Source of the DNA: an uncultured virus (IMG/VR IMGVR_UViG_3300037418_000929)
Taxonomy: Duplodnaviria; Heunggongvirae; Uroviricota; Caudoviricetes
DNA: 64,000 bases
Strand: one strand, 5' to 3'
Virus record (IMG/VR): IMGVR_UViG_3300037418_000929
Positions 55,808 to 64,000 of this stretch are shown piece by piece. A program made the translations under genes and the position numbers. How positions within the stretch are numbered: position 1 is the stretch's first letter; the number at the start of each line of letters is the position of its first letter. The notes beneath the pieces were generated by a model. It was not told the DNA's origin. It made no database searches and saw only the letters and a list, made by a program, of their open reading frames with translations.

Positions 55808-58800
55808 ATGAGAAAGCGCAAGGTCCAAATTCCGGTAATTGGTACAGGTGGTGGAGGAGTAACTCCTTCAACCATTCTGTACGGCCGTCAAGACGGTTAC
55901 TCGTCTGGCGTACTGTTTGACTACCACGTTAATACGTCGGGCAGTGACACCACCGGTGACGGGTCCTTGCTTAATCCTTACAGAACTCCGACTAAGGCTC
56001 ACGCCGTTGCTGCCGCAGCCGGAGGAAACAAGAAAATCGCCCTGCACGGAACAGGTCCGTACACTGATTCTGTGGTTTGCACGACTAACGGAATCGAATT
56101 CCACGGGTACGACACCGATCAACCTAAGTGGTACGGCTCTTACACCGTAACAGGTTTTACGCAGTGTGTTGCCGGGGACGCAACCGTTGTAGGTTCTAAC
56201 TACGCCAGTATTTACAAAGCGACTTTTGCAACCTCTAACCTAGATTCCACGGTTTCCTTTAACAGTCTCATTCCACTTGAAAATGGAACGCCACTTAATT
56301 TAGTCCAGCTTCGTCACGACACGAGTGACCTGTACTTTCAAGACGCAATCTCAGATTTTTACTCTTCGAAGCTGTACGGCGACAGCGTAACGATTGCGGA
56401 GACGGCAACCGATCTCACCACCATTACTCACGCAGCCGTACTTGGTAACGGAACCGCTCCTTACACTGACGCTCAGTTGTCAAACTGTTCGGTAATGGTT
56501 CACGTCCAAGCTAACAAAGCACAGTTAGTCAAGGTAACGTCTTCAGGCGGTGTTCTGACTTGTGCGGCGGGCAACGGGCTGCAAAAAGAAGCCACCGACG
56601 ACAACCGATACTCGCTGTTGAATCTTTTGCCCGCGCTGTCCGTGGGGCAGTACGGCGTTAAGGACAACGGCGATGGAACGTGGACGATCTACGTTTGGCC
56701 GAACAATCCGGCAAACCTTTCTTCGGGTCTTCCGATTGCGTCCAAGTCCAACATCCTGATGTTTTCGCAGTGTTCAAACAACAAAGTATCGAACATTGAG
56801 TTTGGACACTGTGCTTACTCCGGAACGACTGTTACTCTTGGGGCTTTGGTCTTAGACAGGACCACCAGCGCAGACATTCGCCAGAACACCGTTCAGTACT
56901 GCGGTTACAAAGACTTCATCGGAAACGCCGCTATTGTGGTGGTTGGTGGAACTAGTAACAACATTCAGTACAACACTACTAAAAACATTCAGAACGACTT
57001 TGGCTTCTATTTCACCAAGTCGTCTTACACGGCTACGGGCAACCGTTGCCTAAACAACTACGCCTACAGGACGTCTCTAACCGCTTTCCGCTTCTACGGT
57101 CAAACGCTCGTTGCAGTTGTAGACAACAAGGCAGAGAACTGTGGTGAAGGCGGACACGCCAACAAGATGAACTTCTATCTAGGTTCTGATCAGGTTCTCG
57201 CGTGGCGCAACGTATTCATTAACTGTGGTGGTTACATGACACCGCAGCAGTCGTCTCGAATGCTGTTCGGCATGAACTTGTGTCCGGCAGATATGACCAG
57301 TGACGACGACAGAGCCTTTGTGGATCAGACGGGTGACATCGCCCCCGCTGTTCCTACCAACCCTTCGAACAACGGCATCATCAACAACGCCTTCCCCAAA
57401 CCCCAAGGAAACACGGGAACAACTAACAGCCTAGACGCAAGCAACGCCAGTACGAGTTACACCGTTAACTGGGAAATTGCCAACAACGTAGCCAACGGCA
57501 TTGATTATTCCGACGTGGTTTCTACACCAGACTACAACGTTCTGACTACCGGTGTGGCCATTGGCACACACGACACCGTTGAAACCAATTCTGACAATCT
57601 TTTCTACGACTACTCCACTGGTAACTGGAACACCGTTCCGGGGTCAATCCTAACCACCAAGACGGGCAAAGACGAAAGCACGTTTATTTCTACGTGGGAG
57701 ACGTGGTTCCCTGACATCAACCTTCGTCAGACACTAAACGGATACACTTGGGACCCTGCCGATCCGGGCGTCGGTCCTTACGGAAAACACTGGCCGGTCC
57801 AGATTGATGTTACAGCCCCCGTTCTTTCTAGTCTGTCGGCTCCGGTCACCGGGACTTCGGCTTCCGTCACGGTTACTACTAACGAACGGGCCGGAACTAT
57901 TTACTGGGTGCGGTACAACGGCGGCACGGTTCCAACAGGTGTTCAAATCGTTGCTGGACTAGACAGCGCAGGCAATGCCGCCTTGTCTTCTGGAACCGTA
58001 TCTGTAACCAATCCGGGGACTTACGGTCCTTGGTCTGTGTCTGGAACCAGCGGTCAAACAGACACACTGGCTGTTGTTCACAAAGACAGAAGTGGAAACA
58101 TCTCAACTCCGGTAACGGCAAGCCTTGCCTTTGCTTCTTTCAGTGAAGTCTGGACTAGCATGAACGGGACGAACTTCCCACGGAAGGCTTCGGCCTTGAC
58201 TGGGTTCCAGACTACTACTAGAAAAGTAATCGCTGCAATTACACTCAGCCGATCTGCTTCTCAGCTAACTACGTTGAGTTCTGGAGGTTTGATCGCCGCA
58301 AACGGTTCTTCAGACAGTGTTCCCACTTGGACGTTAGGCAACACCAGTAAACTCCAAATTCTTCAAGAGAAGTCGGACAACACTGCCTTTGCAAACGTGA
58401 TCGTTCCTCCTTCGACGAACATGGTTGCAGATACGCATTACCTGCTTCTAATCTGTTTCCAGTCGAACGGAACTAACGCGACTCTCAACGCTACACTGTG
58501 GAACGTAGCAACTGGAGCACAACTAGGCGGTACGGGAACCACTGGATCGGTTGCCGGAGACATTAGCCTAGTGTTCAAAAACAACTATGACATTTTCAAA
58601 GGACCAGCAACCTACGAACGGTTCATGCTGTGGGATAATCCGAGTATTGCTTCTCCAGACGCTACAGACGCGACGCTGCGCGGTTACTTCATGTCGGGCG
58701 GAGCCCTGCGTGATCCCGCCATTGCAGCCACTAATCTAGGAACGCCTCTAGTAAGCCTGAGTGGTAGCGCGCTTGCCGTTGCTTCAGGAGCTACTGTAAC

Positions 58801-58837
58801 AAATGCCGGTTCTGGCGGCAACTTCGTGATGACCTAA
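55808..58837 (+). CDS. Beta-helix receptor-binding protein, homologue of 35340..38384
   Basis: Colinear with long identical peptide blocks. Confidence 0.85.
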   Translation: MRKRKVQIPVIGTGGGGVTPSTILYGRQDGYSSGVLFDYHVNTSGSDTTGDGSLLNPYRTPTKAHAVAAAAGGNKKIALHGTGPYTDSVVCTTNGIEFHGYDTDQPKWYGSYTVTGFTQCVAGDATVVGSNYASIYKATFATSNLDSTVSFNSLIPLENGTPLNLVQLRHDTSDLYFQDAISDFYSSKLYGDSVTIAETATDLTTITHAAVLGNGTAPYTDAQLSNCSVMVHVQANKAQLVKVTSSGGVLTCAAGNGLQKEATDDNRYSLLNLLPALSVGQYGVKDNGDGTWTIYVWPNNPANLSSGLPIASKSNILMFSQCSNNKVSNIEFGHCAYSGTTVTLGALVLDRTTSADIRQNTVQYCGYKDFIGNAAIVVVGGTSNNIQYNTTKNIQNDFGFYFTKSSYTATGNRCLNNYAYRTSLTAFRFYGQTLVAVVDNKAENCGEGGHANKMNFYLGSDQVLAWRNVFINCGGYMTPQQSSRMLFGMNLCPADMTSDDDRAFVDQTGDIAPAVPTNPSNNGIINNAFPKPQGNTGTTNSLDASNASTSYTVNWEIANNVANGIDYSDVVSTPDYNVLTTGVAIGTHDTVETNSDNLFYDYSTGNWNTVPGSILTTKTGKDESTFISTWETWFPDINLRQTLNGYTWDPADPGVGPYGKHWPVQIDVTAPVLSSLSAPVTGTSASVTVTTNERAGTIYWVRYNGGTVPTGVQIVAGLDSAGNAALSSGTVSVTNPGTYGPWSVSGTSGQTDTLAVVHKDRSGNISTPVTASLAFASFSEVWTSMNGTNFPRKASALTGFQTTTRKVIAAITLSRSASQLTTLSSGGLIAANGSSDSVPTWTLGNTSKLQILQEKSDNTAFANVIVPPSTNMVADTHYLLLICFQSNGTNATLNATLWNVATGAQLGGTGTTGSVAGDISLVFKNNYDIFKGPATYERFMLWDNPSIASPDATDATLRGYFMSGGALRDPAIAATNLGTPLVSLSGSALAVASGATVTNAGSGGNFVMT

Positions 58838-58849
58838 GGAGTTTTACGT

Positions 58850-60730
58850 TTGAAGATTATCTACATCCCCAATCGAATTATTGACTCCGACGGCATTGCT
58901 GACGGAGCCACTGTTCACGTGTATCAAAGCGGAACGACCACGCACGTCAACATTTACTCTGATCCTACGTACGCAACTCCAATGGCGAATCCGTTTACGG
59001 TAGGGGCGGGGGCTGAATTTCCTACCGTTTACACCAGTTATTCCGGAGACGTCCGCCTTTACATTGAGAACGTTTACTCTGGAGAAATTCAGGACACCGA
59101 TCCTTATAACCTAAGCGTCTTGTCTGAGACTGGTTTTGTTTTCGCTAAGGACTACGGGGTTTCTTCGTCTTCTTCTGACAACTACGCAGCCCTGACTACG
59201 GCCATTGCCGGAGCCCGCGCAGCCAAGAAGCCCTTGATGCTTCCGGCCGGAACCCTGACGATCAATCAGGCGTCTCCAAACTTCGCCCTTGAAAGTTACG
59301 ACCAGATTTACGGCATCAGGGGTTTGACTCAAATCCTCTGCACCGGGCTTGGCCCAACGGGCGAGCTTTTCTCTGCAACTGGTAAAACCGGAATTCGACT
59401 AAGTGGTTTTAAAATCGCAGCTAGCGTTCTTCAAACTAACGGTCAGGTCGCAGTTTCATTAAAAGACTGCACTGACTGTGTTGTTGAGGACTGTATCTTT
59501 GACAAGTGGACTGACAGTGTAATCTTTTGGACTGCATTGGTTACGGGACCCGTTCCCCCTCAGTCAACCAACTGTCGTAACAAAGCGATTCGCTGTGTTT
59601 CTCTTTCCAGTCGGCAGTATGGGTTCTACATGAACTTCGCAACCGCCTGCGAATTCTTGAATTGTGAAGCTTATAATTCATCTGCCTACGACGGATTTAA
59701 AACCGGCGGCGGAACGATGTTCGCTAAAATCAGCGGATGCCACTCAGAAGGAAATGCAGGAGACGGTTTCGACACTTACGACGGCTTTATTGCTTCTACG
59801 ATTTCTGACTGCACTTCTTACAACAACACTTCAAACGGTTTTCAATTCAAGGGAACGTTTGATGGGACTTACACAGCTGGCGACTATGTGACTCGTGAGA
59901 GCACTTACAGCGGCCTCGTGGCAAAAGGAAATGGGCTTGCTGGATTCCTGTTTCAGGAAATGCGGTTGGGGGCGGCCTCTGGCCTGTCTGCTTCTCGAAA
60001 TGGCACCAGCGGAATCGTAGTTAACAACGTTCAGGGAATGGCTTTCTCTGGCTGTTCCGCAACCCGAAACACTCAACACGGTTGGAGCATTATCGGAGGC
60101 ACATCTCGTTGTGTGTTTTCTGGTTGTGTTGCACTGGACAACAGTTGGGTTGACGGGACCACTCAGAACGGAACTTACGACGGTTGGAATATCAGTTCTG
60201 CCTCGACTTGCTGGTTTAACGGTTGTATCAGTAACAACGGCACGGCAGCGGGACTGCTTGGTGGACAGGGCTACGGATTTAACCTACTGACGTCAACTGG
60301 TAACACCTTTAGTGGTGGTGGCTGTTCGACCAATGTAACTGGCGCAGTTGGTGGAACTAGCCCACTTACCGGTAACAATTTCTTCGGTTTCGATTTAGCC
60401 AGCCAACCCCTAACTACCCCGAGCGTTCAGGCTGTCGCTTCTGCTGCCACAGTTACTCCGACCTTCGGAAACGATTTGGTTAAGGTGACTGCGCAGGCGG
60501 TGGCACTCACGTTGGCCAATCCAACAGGTACGGCAGTTAGTGGAAAACGGTTGACCATTCGTCTGAAGGACAACGGAACGGGTCAGACAATTGCGTATGG
60601 GACGCAGTACCGGGCCGTTGGTGTTACTCTGCCCACTACTACGGTGGCCAACAAAACACACTACTTGGAGATGGTTTACAACTCTGACGCTACTAAGTGG
60701 GACGTAATTCGGGTTAATCAGGAAGCCTAA
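58850..60730 (+). CDS. Tailspike, homologue of 32999..35338 with a different N-terminus
   Basis: Shared beta-helix (DGFDTYDGFIAST, YTAGDYVTRESTYS) and C-terminal IAYGTQYRAVGVTLPT domain. Confidence 0.85.
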   Translation: MKIIYIPNRIIDSDGIADGATVHVYQSGTTTHVNIYSDPTYATPMANPFTVGAGAEFPTVYTSYSGDVRLYIENVYSGEIQDTDPYNLSVLSETGFVFAKDYGVSSSSSDNYAALTTAIAGARAAKKPLMLPAGTLTINQASPNFALESYDQIYGIRGLTQILCTGLGPTGELFSATGKTGIRLSGFKIAASVLQTNGQVAVSLKDCTDCVVEDCIFDKWTDSVIFWTALVTGPVPPQSTNCRNKAIRCVSLSSRQYGFYMNFATACEFLNCEAYNSSAYDGFKTGGGTMFAKISGCHSEGNAGDGFDTYDGFIASTISDCTSYNNTSNGFQFKGTFDGTYTAGDYVTRESTYSGLVAKGNGLAGFLFQEMRLGAASGLSASRNGTSGIVVNNVQGMAFSGCSATRNTQHGWSIIGGTSRCVFSGCVALDNSWVDGTTQNGTYDGWNISSASTCWFNGCISNNGTAAGLLGGQGYGFNLLTSTGNTFSGGGCSTNVTGAVGGTSPLTGNNFFGFDLASQPLTTPSVQAVASAATVTPTFGNDLVKVTAQAVALTLANPTGTAVSGKRLTIRLKDNGTGQTIAYGTQYRAVGVTLPTTTVANKTHYLEMVYNSDATKWDVIRVNQEA

Positions 60731-60733
60731 CAA

Positions 60734-61486
60734 TTGAGCACAATTCGTAAACTTGTAACCAAAGGCTTTCGTGAGGCCGGTATCATTGAAGTCGGAGGAG
60801 AGCCTGACGCCGATGAACTCGACGAGGGCCTTGACCTTCTTCAGGGGCTTTACTCCAGCTTCTTCGGTAACGAACTCGGTGAACCTCTCGTCAGTGTTAA
60901 CTACGGCTCGGGAGGGCTAACCAACACGTATGCGATAGCCGAAGATCAGTCTCCGGTAATTAACTCTGTGTACGTACCGGAGAACGTCCGGCTGGTTCTA
61001 AATCTAGAGGCAGCCGTTACTCTGTACCTTCACCCTAATCCAAAGGACGGGGCAAGACTAGGAATCCTCGACAGCCGAGGAAACCTCAACACGTACAACG
61101 TCACTGTTAATCCCAACGGCAGACTGTTTGGTGGTGCTGCATCTTCTGTGCTAAACACGGCTTCACTTAACAAAGAGTATTTCTACCGAGCTGATCTCGG
61201 CGACTGGAAACCTGTAGTTGATCTCGCCCTCGGAGACGACAGCCCACTTCCCCGTGAGTTTGACGACTTCCTGACCACGGCTCTGGCCATTCGCCTTAAC
61301 CCGAGATACGGGGCGCAGACGTCGCAAGAAGTGTCAGACGTTCTAACTCGCATGAAGCGACAGTTCCGGGCTCGGTACAGACAAGAACAAGAGGTTTCGT
61401 CCGAAGACGGAATCACCAGACTGCCGAGTAATCCCTACTGGGCTTTCAACTCCAACGATCTAAGTAACTTCGCAAAAGGTCGATAA
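60734..61486 (+). CDS. Head-tail adaptor (P22 gp4-like)
   Basis: LVTKGFREAGI...PDADELDEGLDLL...LAIRLNPRYG. Confidence 0.8.
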   Translation: MSTIRKLVTKGFREAGIIEVGGEPDADELDEGLDLLQGLYSSFFGNELGEPLVSVNYGSGGLTNTYAIAEDQSPVINSVYVPENVRLVLNLEAAVTLYLHPNPKDGARLGILDSRGNLNTYNVTVNPNGRLFGGAASSVLNTASLNKEYFYRADLGDWKPVVDLALGDDSPLPREFDDFLTTALAIRLNPRYGAQTSQEVSDVLTRMKRQFRARYRQEQEVSSEDGITRLPSNPYWAFNSNDLSNFAKGR

Positions 61487-61492
61487 CTAACC

Positions 61493-62845
61493 TTGCCTGA
61501 TCTTCAATACGGACTTTCGAACTACGACAGGGATAGGGGCAATTTCCCTAAAATCCCTCTCGTTAACATGTTCGCTGAACAAGTCCCTGTTGAACCAAAC
61601 CCCGCCCTTCAGTCCCGCCCCGGACTAGAGGAGACAGGAACCGTACTAGGAAACGGCCCTGTTCGAGGGCTGTTCCAGATTGACGGTGTTCTGTCTGGGC
61701 AAATGTTTGCTGTTTCAGATGGACAGGTTTACTCCAGTTCTACCAGCCTAGGCAGCATCACCGGAACCGGTCCTGTTGCCATTGCAGGGTTTGAGAACAG
61801 AGTTTTCTTCACTGCCGGTTTAACTGCTGTGCAGTACGACGGAACCACTCTTACAGACGTGACTACGCCAGATGGCTTTGACGTTCTCAGTTTGTGCGTG
61901 GGCACCAGCAGATTAATTGTAATCGACAGCGGGACCGGACACTTCTACTGGAGCAACGTCCTCGATCCCACGGTTGGTGCGTTGAGCTTCGCCACGGCCG
62001 AGAACTCTCCGGATAAACTCAAGGAGTGTCTGTTTCTCGGTGACACCTTGATGCTGTTCGGTACGGAAACTGTTGAGTTCTGGCCCGCGTCTTCCAGTAA
62101 TCCCGATCTTCCGTACACACCTCTCGTAGGTCGTACGTTTCAGGTTGGCATCCGCGACACAGGCTGTGCGTCGCTGTTCAAAGGCACGTTCGCTTGGATT
62201 ACCAACCACAATCAGATTTGTGTAGGTGACGCCAACAACGTCATCTCTAATCCCTCGCTAGAGGAGAAGATTACTGACAGTGTAACTGCTAAGCTGTGGT
62301 CTTTTCATCTAGAAGGAACAGAGTTCTTGGCTGTCACTCTTGACGACAGCACTTGGGTGTTCGCTTCTACGGCGAGCCAGTGGAGTGTGTTCGAGAGTTA
62401 CGGGGAGGGTAATTGGATTCCTCGATGCTACGCCAACGGGGTATTCGGTTCGGGAGTTGACGGACGGTTGATCCAGTGGAGTAACGATCACGCAGACTTC
62501 GGGGAAATCTTAGAGCGTCGATTCCGAGCTGGAATGCCGCTGACGGCTGAAAGCACTCCGCTCAGCAGCGTACTACTTCGTACCAATCCCGGCCACACAA
62601 GTTATCTAACTGGCGACTACTCCAATCCGACGGTAGAACTCCGTACGTCTAAAGACGGTGGGTACACGTGGAGTGATTGGAAGCAAAGGTCTCTCGGAGC
62701 TGTAGGAAAGTACAGGACGTCCGTGATGTGGCGTTCTTTGGGCTTCTTTTCGTTTCCTGCGATGATGGTTGAAATTCGCGTTACCGATCCGGTTCCGTTC
62801 AGAGTTTCCGGAGTTGTGGCTAACGAAGGCTACGGCAGAGTATGA
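61493..62845 (+). CDS. Packaged DNA stabilization / tail hub protein (P22 gp10-like)
   Basis: FATAENSPD, FGTETVEFW, SKDGGYTWS, WRSLG, TDPV. Confidence 0.88.
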   Translation: MPDLQYGLSNYDRDRGNFPKIPLVNMFAEQVPVEPNPALQSRPGLEETGTVLGNGPVRGLFQIDGVLSGQMFAVSDGQVYSSSTSLGSITGTGPVAIAGFENRVFFTAGLTAVQYDGTTLTDVTTPDGFDVLSLCVGTSRLIVIDSGTGHFYWSNVLDPTVGALSFATAENSPDKLKECLFLGDTLMLFGTETVEFWPASSSNPDLPYTPLVGRTFQVGIRDTGCASLFKGTFAWITNHNQICVGDANNVISNPSLEEKITDSVTAKLWSFHLEGTEFLAVTLDDSTWVFASTASQWSVFESYGEGNWIPRCYANGVFGSGVDGRLIQWSNDHADFGEILERRFRAGMPLTAESTPLSSVLLRTNPGHTSYLTGDYSNPTVELRTSKDGGYTWSDWKQRSLGAVGKYRTSVMWRSLGFFSFPAMMVEIRVTDPVPFRVSGVVANEGYGRV

Positions 62846-63510
62846 GTTTAACTCTTCCGCGCTTTCAGGAAATGGCTGAACTAGTAGATCAGTACGGTCG
62901 CCCGACTATGGCTTTCCACATCTGGTGGGACAACTTCGCTTCTGCTATTGAAAGCAGTTTCAACAATCTCGCTGACATCGTTACTGACATTCAGACTTTG
63001 CAGACTCAGCAAACTGCAATCCTAAGTGACTTGGCCGATCAGCTGGCTCAAATCGAAGCGGCTCAGGCAGCTGCCGACGCAGCTCAAACTACGGCAGATA
63101 CAGCTCAGAGTACCGCGAATACGGTTAACCGCAACGACTCCATCTCGACCTCGTGGACCTCGCCGGGAACGATTCTTTCGGCCTCTGACACGGGTTCGGC
63201 CGCTAGGATTACAGTCTCCGGTCACACACGGAAGTACACCGACGTTTCGTCCAAGTCCGTCACAGGCGGTAACATCAACGGCCTGAACTACTCGACAACC
63301 TATTACGTTTACTACGACGACACGAACCGTTCAGGTGGTTCTCAGGTTTATCACGCCACGACCAACCCGAACACGGCTCTTCCGGGGGCTGCTGCGGGAC
63401 GACACTACTGTGGTGTGATCACCACTCCGGCTGCCGGTGGCGGCTCGACCAGCGGTGGTGTTGACGCCCCGTCTGGCGGTGGAGGCGTTCAGGGAGGACA
63501 AATCCCATAA
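62842..63510 (+). CDS. Tail needle-like protein (gp26 position)
   Basis: LVDQYGRPT N-terminus, coiled coil, C-terminal knob. Confidence 0.65.
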   Translation: MSLTLPRFQEMAELVDQYGRPTMAFHIWWDNFASAIESSFNNLADIVTDIQTLQTQQTAILSDLADQLAQIEAAQAAADAAQTTADTAQSTANTVNRNDSISTSWTSPGTILSASDTGSAARITVSGHTRKYTDVSSKSVTGGNINGLNYSTTYYVYYDDTNRSGGSQVYHATTNPNTALPGAAAGRHYCGVITTPAAGGGSTSGGVDAPSGGGGVQGGQIP

Positions 63511-63536
63511 AGGTTGAAACCAGAAAAGACTGGGAC

Positions 63537-63953
63537 TTGTTGATTGAAGCCACCGAATGCAACAGGGACTTCGTTCCAGTCAGTGATTTAGAGATTTGGT
63601 GGAATCTCCCGCACAACATAATGTTCATCTCGGGAGACAACGTAGGACTGGCTACGCACGAGTATCCCGGAATGTACAGCGTACACTGGTACTACCAGTC
63701 AGCGAGGAGCCGAAAGGCTATCGACCTCGGTAAGGAAATGTGCCGCCTGCTGTTCGAGGAACACGGGGCACAGTGTTTGAGAGGGTTGATTAAAGATCAC
63801 CTCAAAGCCTCTCGGTGGGCGTGTAGACAACTTGGTTTCAAATCACAAGGGTTAGTAGAGTTTCCCAACAACGACGTGAACGAGCTTTTCATAGCTACAA
63901 AGAAAGAATTCTTAGAAGGACTGAAGAAGAACAAAAATGGGTACTGTAGGTAA
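63537..63953 (+). CDS. GNAT-like protein (P22 gp14 position; start uncertain)
   Basis: YSVHWYY...R.RKA...SRWACRQLGFK. Confidence 0.65.
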   Translation: MLIEATECNRDFVPVSDLEIWWNLPHNIMFISGDNVGLATHEYPGMYSVHWYYQSARSRKAIDLGKEMCRLLFEEHGAQCLRGLIKDHLKASRWACRQLGFKSQGLVEFPNNDVNELFIATKKEFLEGLKKNKNGYCR

Positions 63954-64000
63954 TTTCCTTTTCGGAGGAAGTCAGCAAAAGCAGAAGAGTACGAACACCA

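Larger units (their letters stand above)
44111..64000. mobile_element. Phage 2 (partial): lower-GC podovirus with P22-like morphogenesis genes
   Basis: Second, unrelated terminase/portal/capsid set; different codon usage; no lysogeny genes in this part. Confidence 0.9.

Overview
The window holds two different tailed phages joined end to end, both probably infecting Alphaproteobacteria (inferred Sphingomonadales-like host). Phage 1 (1..~44110, high GC) appears to be a complete ~43.98-kb temperate podovirus. It carries a tyrosine integrase with an attP matching the 3' half of tRNA-Pro(CGG), an Erf/SSB/Ref/NinB recombination module, a cI/cro switch with 15-bp operators, methyltransferases and a replication initiator. 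Its late region has P22-like head and tail genes, two beta-helix tailspike-like proteins and a lysis cassette. Positions 1-128 recur at 43984-44111 with one mismatch. Phage 2 (~44111..64000, lower GC, partial) has a leftward early region rich in structured non-coding sequence, back-to-back consensus sigma70 promoters and a rightward P22-like morphogenesis operon. Its two tailspike-like genes are close homologues of those of phage 1. Main candidates for undescribed biology: (1) six dispersed, covarying multi-hairpin elements built from ssDNA-type C-GNA-G mini-hairpins, embedded in early genes with an orientation rule; (2) a 34-aa NepR-like anti-sigma peptide together with sigma-EcfG-type promoters at the repressor locus and upstream of the late operon, suggesting coupling to the host general stress response; (3) a tRNA-like RNA and a ~550-nt structured RNA candidate in phage 2. 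All family calls come from motif recognition by eye; no database searches were run.
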